Notes under the pieces: generated by a model
Databases searched by the model: none
Told to the model about the DNA's origin: nothing
The model's input: the letters and a program-made list of their open reading frames with translations, nothing else
Shown here: in pieces, positions 20,065-30,281 of the stretch
How the letters are laid out: every line of letters starts with the position of its first letter
Position numbering within the stretch: position 1 is the stretch's first letter
Translations under genes and position numbers: made by a program
Source of the DNA: a virus
DNA: 64,000 nucleotides
IMG/VR virus record: IMGVR_UViG_3300009509_000001
Location: 130,577-194,576 of that record
Direction: 5' to 3' (one strand)

Positions 20065-21705
20065 CTATTCTCCCTGTTGCTGGGTTTCTTCCATGTTTCC
20101 CTGCGCCGCCTGGAGCTGTGCCGCCAGAGCGTCGAGGTCGGGCATGCCGTCAGCCTGTGCGGCCGGTGCGGTCGTAGCCGGTGCGGTCGTGGTCACCGGC
20201 ATTGCCGCCGCCTGCTGCTGCTGTGGCGCCTGGGAGGCGTTCGGCGGAGCGAGCGGAGCGTCGGACACTACCGGGGCCTGTGCCGGCTGCTGAGCCGGCT
20301 GCTGCGGCTGGGTCGGCGTGGTGACGGGTGCGGACACCGGTACCGCGAGCGGAGCGGCGTTCTGCTGCGTCGATGCCGTCGGAGCGCCCGCTGGTGGCGG
20401 AGCCGGCATCGGTGCCTGCGTCTGCTGCGCCGGGGTCTGGGCCGGTGCGCTACCCATCGTGGCCAGTGCGGCCTGGATAGCAGCCTCGGGCAAACCCGCG
20501 GCGCGCAATGCTGCAACGCGCGGGTCGTCCGGGGCCTTGGGCGCATAGGGAATTCCGGCAGCGGCGGCCGCAGCCTTTATCGCCTCTTCCGGCAGGCCGG
20601 TTGCGCGCATTGCCGTAATCCGGGGATCCTCGGCGGCAAGGCCGGGAATCTGATCACCGGGAGCGGCCTGAGCCGCCTGAACGACGTGAGCCGTCGGCTG
20701 ATACGACGGTGTCTGGGCCTGAGCCTGCACATTGATCGGAGCACAGCCCACGTACTTGGCGTAGGTCGGATGCTCCTGGAATGCCCAGGTCACGACGTCC
20801 GCGCCGCAGGCGAGCATGAGCTTCTGGAACAGATCCGCCAGCGTCGGCCGGAAGATGATGCTGTCCCAGCTGCAGAACGTGCCCTGATCATAGATGTGCT
20901 GGAAGACCGTCGCCGGATCGAGCGGAACGCTGACGTCCCGTTCGAACTTGTAGCGCGTGATCTTCATTCCCTGATCATTGGCAGAGGTGTAGTCGCTGAT
21001 GCGGAGGCTGAAACCGTTCGGTCCGATCAGATCACCGAGAACGCTGTTCTCGACGCTGAGCGGCTGACTGGCGTCCAGCGGCGTGGTCATCCCTTCGACC
21101 AGGTTGTTCATGGCGGACTGCGACACGCGGAGAATCGTCTTGTGTTGGGCTTCCGGCTGCTTGCTCACGAAGTTGATCGGCTGCTCGCCGCGAATGAGAG
21201 TGGCCACACCGCGCATGAACAGCGTCGTGGCCGGAGGCCGAAGCTTCGGCCGCTTGTCGTTCGGGCCGCCGCCTTCCTTCTTCGTCAAAACCCAGTCGTG
21301 GATCCGCTGATAGACGGCGATCGCCTGGGAGTCGCCGCTCTGGGCGAGAGCCACGCCGTCGGTCTCCTGCAGATCGCGAAGGCGCTGGATGAGCACGTCG
21401 ACCGGGCCGGCCACGTTCTCGATCGGATCGGTGACTTCGGTGATGCCGCTGATCTTCTCGGGACCGAAGTTGTTGATCGCCTGATACGGCGCGATCATCT
21501 GGCCGATGAGCTTGGCTCCCTGGTTGTCGTCCTTGAAGATCAGCTGGGGTTCAGGCTGCCCGTTCGCAAAGTGCGGGTAAAGCCTGATCACCGTGGGTTT
21601 GGCGAGCGCCACGTATTCGTTGCGCCAGCCGGCGTCGAACGCCCCGGGTGTCAGATAGAACAGTTTCTCCGAGCCGGAGCTCGAGGATCGATGAGTGTCA
21701 CGCAT
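20065..21705 (-). CDS. hypothetical protein with Pro/Ala/Gln-rich tail (possible ssDNA-binding protein)
   Basis: Globular N-terminal ~370 aa, then a duplicated DPR..A.RA.GLPE.AI.AA helix and a low-complexity tail; sits between polA and recA. Confidence 0.55.
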   Translation of the reverse strand: MRDTHRSSSSGSEKLFYLTPGAFDAGWRNEYVALAKPTVIRLYPHFANGQPEPQLIFKDDNQGAKLIGQMIAPYQAINNFGPEKISGITEVTDPIENVAGPVDVLIQRLRDLQETDGVALAQSGDSQAIAVYQRIHDWVLTKKEGGGPNDKRPKLRPPATTLFMRGVATLIRGEQPINFVSKQPEAQHKTILRVSQSAMNNLVEGMTTPLDASQPLSVENSVLGDLIGPNGFSLRISDYTSANDQGMKITRYKFERDVSVPLDPATVFQHIYDQGTFCSWDSIIFRPTLADLFQKLMLACGADVVTWAFQEHPTYAKYVGCAPINVQAQAQTPSYQPTAHVVQAAQAAPGDQIPGLAAEDPRITAMRATGLPEEAIKAAAAAAGIPYAPKAPDDPRVAALRAAGLPEAAIQAALATMGSAPAQTPAQQTQAPMPAPPPAGAPTASTQQNAAPLAVPVSAPVTTPTQPQQPAQQPAQAPVVSDAPLAPPNASQAPQQQQAAAMPVTTTAPATTAPAAQADGMPDLDALAAQLQAAQGNMEETQQQGE

Positions 21706-21723
21706 GTGCTTTCCTCTTTTTGT

Positions 21724-24333
21724 TTAGGCGGCAGCCTCTTCAGGCCGCCACACTGTTAAGTTGCCGAAGTCGTCATACACGGGTTCCGCGTCTTTGTCCC
21801 AGCGTTCCATGAGACAACCTTCAGCTTCGATTCTTACGTCGGGAAGAATTTCCCGCATGGCTTCGACCATCAGCGCACTGATGATCGCGACGTCGTCGGC
21901 CGCCGTTTCAGCGGGCAATTCCAGCAACAGTTCGTCATGAATGAAATTGACGATCCGGTGCCTGTAGCGCGGGTCGCGCCACACCTTCCACAAAGCGCGC
22001 TTGGCCCCGATCGCAGCCAGTGACTGGAACGGGAAGTTGCACGCGCTGTTGAAAGTGCATTTGCGACGCAGAACACCCATGATGTTCCGCGCCTTGCTGA
22101 GCCGCAGGTTCGGGTCGTTGAGGCGCTTCCGGTCGTAGTCGTTCACGACGTCGCTTTCCGGCGACATGTGATGGACCATTTCAGGGAACGCTTCGAACCA
22201 CTTGGTCCGCAGCTCTTCACACTCTTCAAGGGTGATCTCGATGTTGCCGTAACCGCGCTGAGTGCGCAGGAACGTTTTGGCGCTCATGCCGCCGGGGAAG
22301 CCGAAGTTGGCCGCCTTGGCGTTTTTACGCTGCTTGGTCGGGACGTCCTTGAGGATCTCCACTACCCGGTCACGGGATTCAGTGGTGCCGTCGTAGTCGT
22401 TCTCCTCTGTGAGGAGACCCATCGTCTTGGCGGCGAACCATGAGTGGAGGTCGATTTTGGCGTTGATAAGTTCGAGCATCCGACTGAAGCCGTACATGCG
22501 GTAGCAGTGCTGCGCAAGGCTGCATAGCTCCAGCTGGCTGTAGTCGATGGATGCGTAGATACATCCTGGCGCCGGTATGTACATGTCGCGAAGACCGCCG
22601 GAACCAGGAACGTTCTGGACGTTCGGCTTACTACTGGACGTCCTGCCCGTTCTTACGTAGTTTTCGTACCGTGTGTGCACCCGGCCGTCGGGCCATATGT
22701 GCGCCGGGTTCAGATACGTTGAAATGAGTTTCTCGTTGTGCTTGTACTCGATGAAGAGCTCGATGAGCTTGTCCTCTATCTTGTACTTCTTGAAGATCCA
22801 CATGTCCTTTTTGGACACCTGTATCTTCACCTTCTTCGGGTCCTTGTCTTTGCCTCCGTCGGTTCGCGGGAATGTGACCCCGTTTTTCATTTCGATGGAC
22901 TTCAGGCGGTCCTGCATGAAGGCTTCGCTCTTCAGGCAGTCACTCCAGTCGTTCCCGAGATTCGCGTAGCGCAATGCCTTGATCTGCATGTGCGTCGCGA
23001 ATGTGGCAAGGTCGAACTCGCCCTCGATCAGAGGGTTCGATCCGGCCTTGGTCATGAACAGCTCGCGGATGACGAACGCGAGCGGCCACACGCTGAGCGT
23101 TTTGGCGGTAGCGAAGTCGTCGAGCCCAAGACCCTCCTTGGTCGTCTTGGATCTGCGGCCGTCGGACACTACGTACTGACTCGCCAGGTACCCACGGGCG
23201 ATCTCGTTGAGACGCTTGCGCCACTTACCGGCCTTGAACGGATTGATCCGGGCCTTCGCCGCGGGTTCGCAGAGAGCGGCCAGCTGCATGTTGTTCGCAT
23301 GCTCCTCGGCCGCCGTCACTTTGTCGCGTTTCAGTTTTCCGGGCATGTCGTGCGCCATTTCTTCGATGGTGTGCCTGACCATGTCCTCGACCGTGAAGTA
23401 CGGACACTCCTCCCGCTCGATGTTGGTGATCGCCCGGTTTACCGCCGTCCTGAATTCGTCCAGCGGCATGTAGGATGCCATCATGGACTGGACGAGCAGG
23501 TACTCCATCTTCGGCGCCGTCATCAACGGCAGGTCTCGTTCGATGCCGATGTAGTCGATCGCCGCCCGGATGACGTCCGAGGACGTTCCGCTCAGCAACG
23601 GGCAGTACCCCTGCATCTCGAGCTCCGCCAGGTCGCGGTGGAGCTTCGTGGTGTGGGATGCCAGCAGCGCATCGAAGATGCCACGATCCACGAGCATGCC
23701 GTTCCGGCTGATGCCGTCGAGGACGATCGATCCCATGATCTGACTGTCGGCCTCGGTGGGCATCGGTGGTATCCGGTCGCCAAGAAGCCAGGTGGCCATG
23801 ACGTCGTACGAGCCGTAGATCAGCTGGTTGAACGTCGGGTCCTTGGCCCTGGTGAAGTTGAGCCTGAGCTCGTCGTCCTTGGGCAGGTCCACGTTCAGAA
23901 CGTTCCGGGCCATGCCCTTGAGGCTCGCCGGCTGACGGACGTATCCGCGCTCCGAGATGTCCCAGAGCTTGTACCTGTCCATCATGTCGATGATCCGCCG
24001 CTCGTCCACGAGGTCGTAAAGCTCGTCCATTCCCAGCACGCCGAGATCGTACGCCGCATTGACGAACACGATCTGCGATTCGGGATTGTACTTCAGCAGC
24101 TTCTCCATGTAGACCGGAATGTCCTGCCAGGTCACGAGATCGACGCGATCGCCGGCCGTCACCTGGAGCATCACGACGGCAGGGAACTCCTGCGCCACGA
24201 AAAGCTCGGTCTCGGTGTCGATCGACAGCAGCGAGCCGATCACGGGGTCCTGGTCGGGCTCCCATGCGTTAAGCCAGAAGGTACGGTCACTCATGGTGAC
24301 CACCTTATGGTTTATGCGTTTATCATACGCCAT
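21724..24333 (-). CDS. polA: DNA polymerase, family A, with 3'-5' exonuclease domain
   Basis: ExoI IDTETE, ExoII NAAYD, ExoIII YGSYD; TGRTSSSKPNVQN, motif A DYSQLEL, motif B RKNAKAANFG, motif C IHDELL; start re-placed at MAYDKR. Confidence 0.95.
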   Translation of the reverse strand: MAYDKRINHKVVTMSDRTFWLNAWEPDQDPVIGSLLSIDTETELFVAQEFPAVVMLQVTAGDRVDLVTWQDIPVYMEKLLKYNPESQIVFVNAAYDLGVLGMDELYDLVDERRIIDMMDRYKLWDISERGYVRQPASLKGMARNVLNVDLPKDDELRLNFTRAKDPTFNQLIYGSYDVMATWLLGDRIPPMPTEADSQIMGSIVLDGISRNGMLVDRGIFDALLASHTTKLHRDLAELEMQGYCPLLSGTSSDVIRAAIDYIGIERDLPLMTAPKMEYLLVQSMMASYMPLDEFRTAVNRAITNIEREECPYFTVEDMVRHTIEEMAHDMPGKLKRDKVTAAEEHANNMQLAALCEPAAKARINPFKAGKWRKRLNEIARGYLASQYVVSDGRRSKTTKEGLGLDDFATAKTLSVWPLAFVIRELFMTKAGSNPLIEGEFDLATFATHMQIKALRYANLGNDWSDCLKSEAFMQDRLKSIEMKNGVTFPRTDGGKDKDPKKVKIQVSKKDMWIFKKYKIEDKLIELFIEYKHNEKLISTYLNPAHIWPDGRVHTRYENYVRTGRTSSSKPNVQNVPGSGGLRDMYIPAPGCIYASIDYSQLELCSLAQHCYRMYGFSRMLELINAKIDLHSWFAAKTMGLLTEENDYDGTTESRDRVVEILKDVPTKQRKNAKAANFGFPGGMSAKTFLRTQRGYGNIEITLEECEELRTKWFEAFPEMVHHMSPESDVVNDYDRKRLNDPNLRLSKARNIMGVLRRKCTFNSACNFPFQSLAAIGAKRALWKVWRDPRYRHRIVNFIHDELLLELPAETAADDVAIISALMVEAMREILPDVRIEAEGCLMERWDKDAEPVYDDFGNLTVWRPEEAAA

Positions 24334-25379
24334 ATTTCCTCTCTGGTGTATTCGGCCGGGTCGCCGTCGGGAAGCGTAAGCATGTGCGCTCCGCCCTCGA
24401 AAGCTCCGGCCATATTCCAACGTTCTGTGTAGGTTCGTGCGGCCTCCACCGCCTCCTCGTCGTCCTGGTCTGGTATCCACACGACGCGCTTGTCGCTGGC
24501 CATGGCATACAGGCGGTTCGCCTGTCGGCCGCTCGGCTTCTTGCCGAACATGGCCACGCCGCTGTCGCCGATGCGGACGGCATCGAATATGCCCTCGACC
24601 AGCACGATGGTGTCCGTGTGAATCGCACGGTCCATGTTGTACAGGACGAGGCTCTTCTTCGCGCCGGCGGGGATGTAGTACTTCGGCTTCCGTCGCCCGT
24701 CTTGGAAGAACTCCGGTATTTCTCCGTTGACCGGATACCGGGCCTGCCAGAAGGCGTATTTTCCGTCGAAGTACACGGGCATGATTACCGCCGGCACATC
24801 GTAGAAGTCGATCTTACCGTAGCGGAAATCCCAGTGCTTGGCAAGCTCGTTAAGATCATAACCTCTACCGGTCAGGTAATTTGTGATAATCGGATCACCA
24901 CCGGGAACGTTGACGTAGAACGTACTCGGGAAGACGACCGGCTTCACTTCAAGCGGCCCGTTGCTACAGGTCGAGTGGGTGACGACGTCCGGCTTCCATT
25001 TACCTTCGACGCTCTGGCAGAACTTCTTCCAGTACTCGTGATTGTTCATGCAATGCTCGTTGTAGCAATGGACGAGTCCCTTGCTGACGGGTATGTGCAG
25101 ACCATTCACGTCGATGCGGCTCCCCCATGCATGGCAGACCCACAGTCGGTGGCGCTTGACGTCCTTGTCGTCACAGAACGGGCAGTTGATCGTGTAGTAC
25201 TCACCACCCTCGTCCACCATGTCGGAACTTATCCGCATGTCGCTCAATCGGCCGCCGGTGGCCACGTCGACTACCGGCATTCTGCTGACGATCATCGGAG
25301 AGTCCTCGTTGACGATGACGACGTCTTCATACGCGGCGACCAGCGCCTTGTACAGTGGTTCATTCAACACGTTAATCAT
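24312..25379 (-). CDS. DNA primase (Zn-binding + Toprim)
   Basis: CPFC...H...C Zn motif; IVLVEGIFDA, VAMFG and PDQD Toprim motifs; adjacent to the helicase. Confidence 0.8.
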   Translation of the reverse strand: MINVLNEPLYKALVAAYEDVVIVNEDSPMIVSRMPVVDVATGGRLSDMRISSDMVDEGGEYYTINCPFCDDKDVKRHRLWVCHAWGSRIDVNGLHIPVSKGLVHCYNEHCMNNHEYWKKFCQSVEGKWKPDVVTHSTCSNGPLEVKPVVFPSTFYVNVPGGDPIITNYLTGRGYDLNELAKHWDFRYGKIDFYDVPAVIMPVYFDGKYAFWQARYPVNGEIPEFFQDGRRKPKYYIPAGAKKSLVLYNMDRAIHTDTIVLVEGIFDAVRIGDSGVAMFGKKPSGRQANRLYAMASDKRVVWIPDQDDEEAVEAARTYTERWNMAGAFEGGAHMLTLPDGDPAEYTREEIWRMINA

Positions 25380-26835
25380 TCACTCCATAGTTGTCGTTCA
25401 TTTGTTGTGACCGGTCCGGCGGAGCCTGTATGGGCTCCTGGGTGGCTCCGTACCCGGCGCTCAGATTCTCGACGAAGGCGCCGTTGCCGGGATCATGGAA
25501 CTTCTCGGTCACGTCGTTGAACCGCATGTACGCGCCGTCCAGCTGTATGAGCCGGTCGTCGGTCTTGTTTCGGCGGTCCTTGCCCGGGATGAACCAGCAT
25601 ACCTGAAGCTGCCGATCCATGGTTCCGAGCACGCAGCACGAGTCGCATTTGTTCGGGAAAGACCTGAACTCGTGGGCATCGTGCTTGCTGGGTTTGTGGG
25701 TGGGGCCGCGCGTCTGCGCCTGGGTGTTGGTTTGGTGGAAAATCAGGAACGTGCAGTCGTTGCCCTCGTTCTCCTTGTACTGGTTCAGCTCGCTCATGAA
25801 CTTCTCGCAGGTGCGCCGATACGCGCTGTCCGCCGAAGTCATATGTTCGTATCGCTGAACCATTTCACCGAGCCAGTCGACCATGACCAGGTCCGGATAC
25901 CATCCGGTTTCCCGACGCTCCTCGTCCAGATGATCGGTAAGCTCCCGGACTCCACCGGTGCCTGCATCCTCGCCGACCATGTCGAGAACCACGAGGTACT
26001 CCTGGTACTGGTCGGCGGACTTGTTGATCTTGTCCATTATCACCGGGTCGATGTCGTCGTAGTCTATGTGACGCAGATGGTTCATCGATATTCCGGCAAG
26101 GTTCGCGAATATCCGCTGGGCGACGTCCTCTTCAAGCGCCTGTTCGTACAGGGCTATGGCGACCTTTCGCCCCTCGCGGATCTGACGGGTTGCGACCATG
26201 ACCATGTTGGTGGTTTTTCCGCCACCGGTCGGGCCGAGGAACCCGTGAATCTCCTTCTTGTACCAGCTTCCGCCGGCGGCATCCCAGTAGTCGATCCCCC
26301 ATTTGTACCGTGGCCGCACGCGCAGAACCTTTCGGCGGTTCTCCGCCCTCAGCGGGCGCTTGCGCACGCCCTGTTTGGGTATGACGCCCTCCAGGGTGTT
26401 CGACATGGATGCCAGGCTCTCGGCGAGCTTGTCGGCCTCCATGAGGTTCGAACCCATACCGGGCAGCTTGGTAAGAATGGCTTTGTGGAACGCTTCCTTC
26501 AGGAGCTTATGGGTGTGCGCCCGTGAAACGATGTTCAGGTTGGTGCCAAGGTGGTGTGCCACCTCGGCGACCTGCTTCGCAACCAGGATCTTCACCAGGG
26601 GGTCGCTCATCTCTATGTGAACTCTGGCCGAGTTGAACAGAATGAGCGGATTGGGGACCTCGTTCAAGGTCTTGTAGCTGTCGCGCAGGCAGTTCCACAG
26701 TACGCGGTATCCTGGTTCGGTCATCGGGTTGAAGAGTTCGAGATCTACGCTCTTCTCAACCGTGTGACGCAACAGGTCCTCGTTGTAGTACAGCCCCACA
26801 AGCAGCAGCATGGGCTGTGAAAACACTGACATCAT
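25372..26835 (-). CDS. DnaB-like replicative helicase
   Basis: GPTGGGKTT Walker A, ALYEQ, VMVDWL Walker B, IFHQTN, K.RR motif. Confidence 0.8.
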   Translation of the reverse strand: MMSVFSQPMLLLVGLYYNEDLLRHTVEKSVDLELFNPMTEPGYRVLWNCLRDSYKTLNEVPNPLILFNSARVHIEMSDPLVKILVAKQVAEVAHHLGTNLNIVSRAHTHKLLKEAFHKAILTKLPGMGSNLMEADKLAESLASMSNTLEGVIPKQGVRKRPLRAENRRKVLRVRPRYKWGIDYWDAAGGSWYKKEIHGFLGPTGGGKTTNMVMVATRQIREGRKVAIALYEQALEEDVAQRIFANLAGISMNHLRHIDYDDIDPVIMDKINKSADQYQEYLVVLDMVGEDAGTGGVRELTDHLDEERRETGWYPDLVMVDWLGEMVQRYEHMTSADSAYRRTCEKFMSELNQYKENEGNDCTFLIFHQTNTQAQTRGPTHKPSKHDAHEFRSFPNKCDSCCVLGTMDRQLQVCWFIPGKDRRNKTDDRLIQLDGAYMRFNDVTEKFHDPGNGAFVENLSAGYGATQEPIQAPPDRSQQMNDNYGVND

Positions 26836-26847
26836 CTTTCCTTATAA

Positions 26848-27318
26848 TTATCCTGAGTGTGCCTCAGGCAGGTATGGATTGAACAGCGCCTCCCGATAGG
26901 CATCCGATTCCCAGCGGGCAGCAACGTCGTTCAGGCCGTACGCCTTGGCATAGCGCACTCTGGCCGTAGCCGTCATGCCGGCAGCTTCGTTCTCTAAAGC
27001 TGCCCGCACACTCCCTTCAAGCTGACTCAGCGAGACGAAAGCGACGGCGTCGGACTCGACTTTTACATTAGCCTCCTCCTTCATGAAATTCAACATGTCT
27101 TCAAGAAATACATCCCATTTGTCGGACAGGATGCAGTTTGCCGTCGCCCAGCTTGTCGCCGGCGCTTTTACGTTGCAGGCGAATGCCCGCAGGTAGACGG
27201 CCGGGTGGTAGCCGAGCCGGTCGCACTTGTCGAGGATCTTCTGCCTCGTTGTGTACGTCCAGCTCGGCGTAATCCCGAACACGGCAGTCGCGCTCTGTTC
27301 TAATTGTGTATGGTCCAT
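26848..27318 (-). CDS. hypothetical protein
   Basis: 156-aa ORF within the replication operon. Confidence 0.55.
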   Translation of the reverse strand: MDHTQLEQSATAVFGITPSWTYTTRQKILDKCDRLGYHPAVYLRAFACNVKAPATSWATANCILSDKWDVFLEDMLNFMKEEANVKVESDAVAFVSLSQLEGSVRAALENEAAGMTATARVRYAKAYGLNDVAARWESDAYREALFNPYLPEAHSG

Positions 27319-29021
27319 CCGTGGCTCCTATAGACGGCCAGTCGTTTTTGTGTTCTGCTGTTGGCCCAGTCGTTGAACTCGTCGCGAAAGTCGATGAGTA
27401 TGCCGCGCTGCTTGCCGGTTTCCGGCGAGAGCCTAGACAAACGACCGGGTATCTGGGTGCTGTTGACGAAGCTTGTGGCTCCGTCGGCTCGGATGAGCAC
27501 GGACAGCTGCTGGAAGTCGACGCCCTCCTTCCACGTTCCGGTGGCGATGACGCGCTTCAGCTCGGCGGTCTCGAACTGCTTCTCAATCTCCTCCTTTTCC
27601 TTTGAGGACAGCAGCAGGCTGGATTTGGCGACGCGCTTTCCGCCCGGGAGCTGGATGTACTCGTCCTGGCGGATGAGCACGTAGTCGCCTTCGCGCAGAT
27701 CTTCGAGCTCGAGCTCGGCCAGTTCGTCGTAGGATGCCAGGCGCTTGCGGTAATTCACCGCGCGGCCGGCCGCCTTGGCGTTTTCCGTGAAGTCCTTCTC
27801 GGTGTAACGCGTTCCAACCCAGCCGTACACCGGAAGCGTCGGGTCTTCGGCCCGCTCCTCCGGCGTTATCAGCTTATAGGCGTGCGGCTCCGTTTGCCGC
27901 CACGTAACGGCGATCCGGGCCTGCTGCTCGTCGAGTCGGCGCCACTCGTGCGCATGGTACTCGAGTCGTATCTTTCCGAAGTGGACGACCGTGTACTCGG
28001 GCATCAGCGCGTGCAGCCTCACGGCGTGCTCGAGCGTATCGACCATGATCAGGCACTGTTCTTCCGCCGGAACCTTCGCGGAAACACGGCGGATCACGTC
28101 ATTGCGCCGCTCGTGCTGCCAGTAGGACACCCGCTTGTTTCTGGTGGTGTCCTTGTACTCACGGATGGTTCCGCCGACCTTGACCATGTAGACGTCGATC
28201 GGTACGACGTTGCCGAGCTTTACGGCTTCATCGTATTCGAACTCCACAAGGAACTTGCCGAACAACGCCTCCATGCACATCTCGCTTTTGTCACCTCGCA
28301 CCGGGCTGGCCGTGAAGCCGAACATCCGGCACTTGTTGAAGTATGCGAGCGTCTTCGCCACGTCGTTGTCACCGACCCCATGAACTTCGTCGAAGAACAG
28401 CAGGTCGATAGTCGTCGGGTTCAGTTTGTGCATGCTCTTGGTGGTCGACACGGTTACCCGGCGGCCACGGACGTCATGCCCGCCGCCGACGATTCCGACC
28501 TGATCTTCGCCAAGCGCCTCCACCAGATTCCGGTAGAGCGTGTTGACGACGGAGACCCGCGGACTCGTGACCAGTACCCGCGTGTTCGGGTACATCTTGC
28601 AGCATTGTTTGATGATGAACGATTTGCCGAAGGCGGTGGCCGCCTTGATGATGCCGCAGTCCTGGTAGGCGATCTGCAATATGCACTTGTCCTGCCCAGG
28701 CCGCAGCTTGTCGAGGTTCGTGAAGTCCGGCGCCGGTTTGACGCGGGCCAGATCCCGATGGTCGGCGATTTCCCAGGTGTGGCCACGCGCCCGGAGAAAC
28801 TCCAGGACGCGGGCCAACAGACCGGCAGGAAAACAACCGACGGTAGGGGTGTTATCGGGGACGCTGTACAATCGACGCTGATGAAAGGTCGTGCGTGGTT
28901 CGTCGTCCGGAATGTACCCGTGCCTGTGATCCACTCGAGTGAACGTGAGTTCGTCGTTCAACGACGGCATCCACGGCTCGAGCGAACACAGGTTGTAGGT
29001 CTTGCCGATCTTTACGTGCAT
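27300..29021 (-). CDS. superfamily 2 (UvsW-like) helicase
   Basis: AATAFGKS, DEVH, TASP, EGVDF and QIPGRLSR motifs. Confidence 0.9.
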   Translation of the reverse strand: MHVKIGKTYNLCSLEPWMPSLNDELTFTRVDHRHGYIPDDEPRTTFHQRRLYSVPDNTPTVGCFPAGLLARVLEFLRARGHTWEIADHRDLARVKPAPDFTNLDKLRPGQDKCILQIAYQDCGIIKAATAFGKSFIIKQCCKMYPNTRVLVTSPRVSVVNTLYRNLVEALGEDQVGIVGGGHDVRGRRVTVSTTKSMHKLNPTTIDLLFFDEVHGVGDNDVAKTLAYFNKCRMFGFTASPVRGDKSEMCMEALFGKFLVEFEYDEAVKLGNVVPIDVYMVKVGGTIREYKDTTRNKRVSYWQHERRNDVIRRVSAKVPAEEQCLIMVDTLEHAVRLHALMPEYTVVHFGKIRLEYHAHEWRRLDEQQARIAVTWRQTEPHAYKLITPEERAEDPTLPVYGWVGTRYTEKDFTENAKAAGRAVNYRKRLASYDELAELELEDLREGDYVLIRQDEYIQLPGGKRVAKSSLLLSSKEKEEIEKQFETAELKRVIATGTWKEGVDFQQLSVLIRADGATSFVNSTQIPGRLSRLSPETGKQRGILIDFRDEFNDWANSRTQKRLAVYRSHGWTIHN

Positions 29022-30277
29022 TACTTCCAGAAGCCCTTGGTCTTGATGTTGAGCACCGACTTCATGGGTTCGAGTTCGCCGCGAACGCCATCGAGGACGG
29101 CTTCGGCGGCATCGGCGCGCTTGTTCGCATCGACCAGCTTCGCCTGGATTTCGGCCAGCTCGGACGGATCGGCCTTGCGACCCATCTGCTTGCGAACCTG
29201 CTTGGCGATGTTCTTCAGGATCTTGGCCATCTCCACACTGTTCGCGTGAGTCAGGTCCTTGACGCCTTTGACCAGATCCGGCAACAGAACGTCCAGAGCT
29301 TCCTGAACATCGTAGTCATCGGCCTGGGGCTTCGGGGCGGGCTCTCCACTTCCGGGGCTCTGGGAGCTTCCGGGCTCCTCTGCGCTTTCTTCAGGGGTAT
29401 CGGCCCCGACTTCAGCTGCTTGTGCATCGGTGCCATCCGTCGGCTCTTCGGCGCACTGTTCCATCGGTTCGGCGGCCGGTTGCTCCTCCGGTTCTTCCGC
29501 TGCTGCCTGTTCCTCGGGAGCGCTTTCGCCCTCCTGCTGCAATGGCTCATTTTCAGGAGTTCCTGGATTTTCGGGTTCGGGGGTTGCGTTCTCGTCGACC
29601 ACGTCGGGCTCCTCGAGTTGTAGGGGCTTGCAGCCGTAGACGGCCATAAACTCCGGGGTTTTGATCATGAAGAAGTAGGTGTGGCCTTTGACCTGGAAGC
29701 CGCTGACCACCTTCTCGTCGTTCTGCATACACAGGGCGATGATGTCGCCGGGAACCGCGAATGCGTGCTCCTGGTCGAGATCACAGGTTCCGACGACGGT
29801 TTCCGCCGCCGTGCGCAACGCATCGTAATCGTCGCTGGTACGCATGCGAACCTCGCCGTCGACCAGGTGGATGACAGCCCACTTCTGCGTAAGGTTCGAG
29901 AGCATCGACGGGAGCGGGAACAGCTTCATGCCGGCCACGACTCCGCCGATGGTGTTGATGAAGGCACCGACGTCGGCGCCCGGCTTCTTCAGTTCGTCGA
30001 GCACGACGGTGGGCTCCTTCATCACCGCGTCTGGCGGGAACGTGAAGCAGCCTGCTTCGGCATCGAACTGGATGTCGAACTTGCCGAGCTCCAGCGTGTC
30101 GGGGACCGGTACGTACTGGAACGGCGCGTCGACGGCCTTTCCTTCGACGGAAACGTCCTCGATGAGGACGAGCCGGAAGTCGGTGATGAGCGCCTTGTAC
30201 TTGCCGTCCTCGACGCCTACGGCCGCCACGACCTGGTGTTCGAATACGGGGTGAAGAGCATTGATGTATCGGAACAT
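29021..30277 (-). CDS. hypothetical protein with acidic low-complexity linker
   Basis: 418-aa ORF; E/P/A-rich middle and coiled-coil end; no nuclease motifs recognised. Confidence 0.6.
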   Translation of the reverse strand: MFRYINALHPVFEHQVVAAVGVEDGKYKALITDFRLVLIEDVSVEGKAVDAPFQYVPVPDTLELGKFDIQFDAEAGCFTFPPDAVMKEPTVVLDELKKPGADVGAFINTIGGVVAGMKLFPLPSMLSNLTQKWAVIHLVDGEVRMRTSDDYDALRTAAETVVGTCDLDQEHAFAVPGDIIALCMQNDEKVVSGFQVKGHTYFFMIKTPEFMAVYGCKPLQLEEPDVVDENATPEPENPGTPENEPLQQEGESAPEEQAAAEEPEEQPAAEPMEQCAEEPTDGTDAQAAEVGADTPEESAEEPGSSQSPGSGEPAPKPQADDYDVQEALDVLLPDLVKGVKDLTHANSVEMAKILKNIAKQVRKQMGRKADPSELAEIQAKLVDANKRADAAEAVLDGVRGELEPMKSVLNIKTKGFWK

Positions 30278-30281
30278 CCTT

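Noticed and set aside
20065-20700. Mobile or tandem DNA repeat
   Set aside because: Explained by low-complexity Pro/Ala/Gln coding sequence
22900-23600. Intein in the DNA polymerase
   Set aside because: No Cys/Ser N-terminal block, no His-Asn/Cys C-terminal junction and no homing endonuclease motif visible
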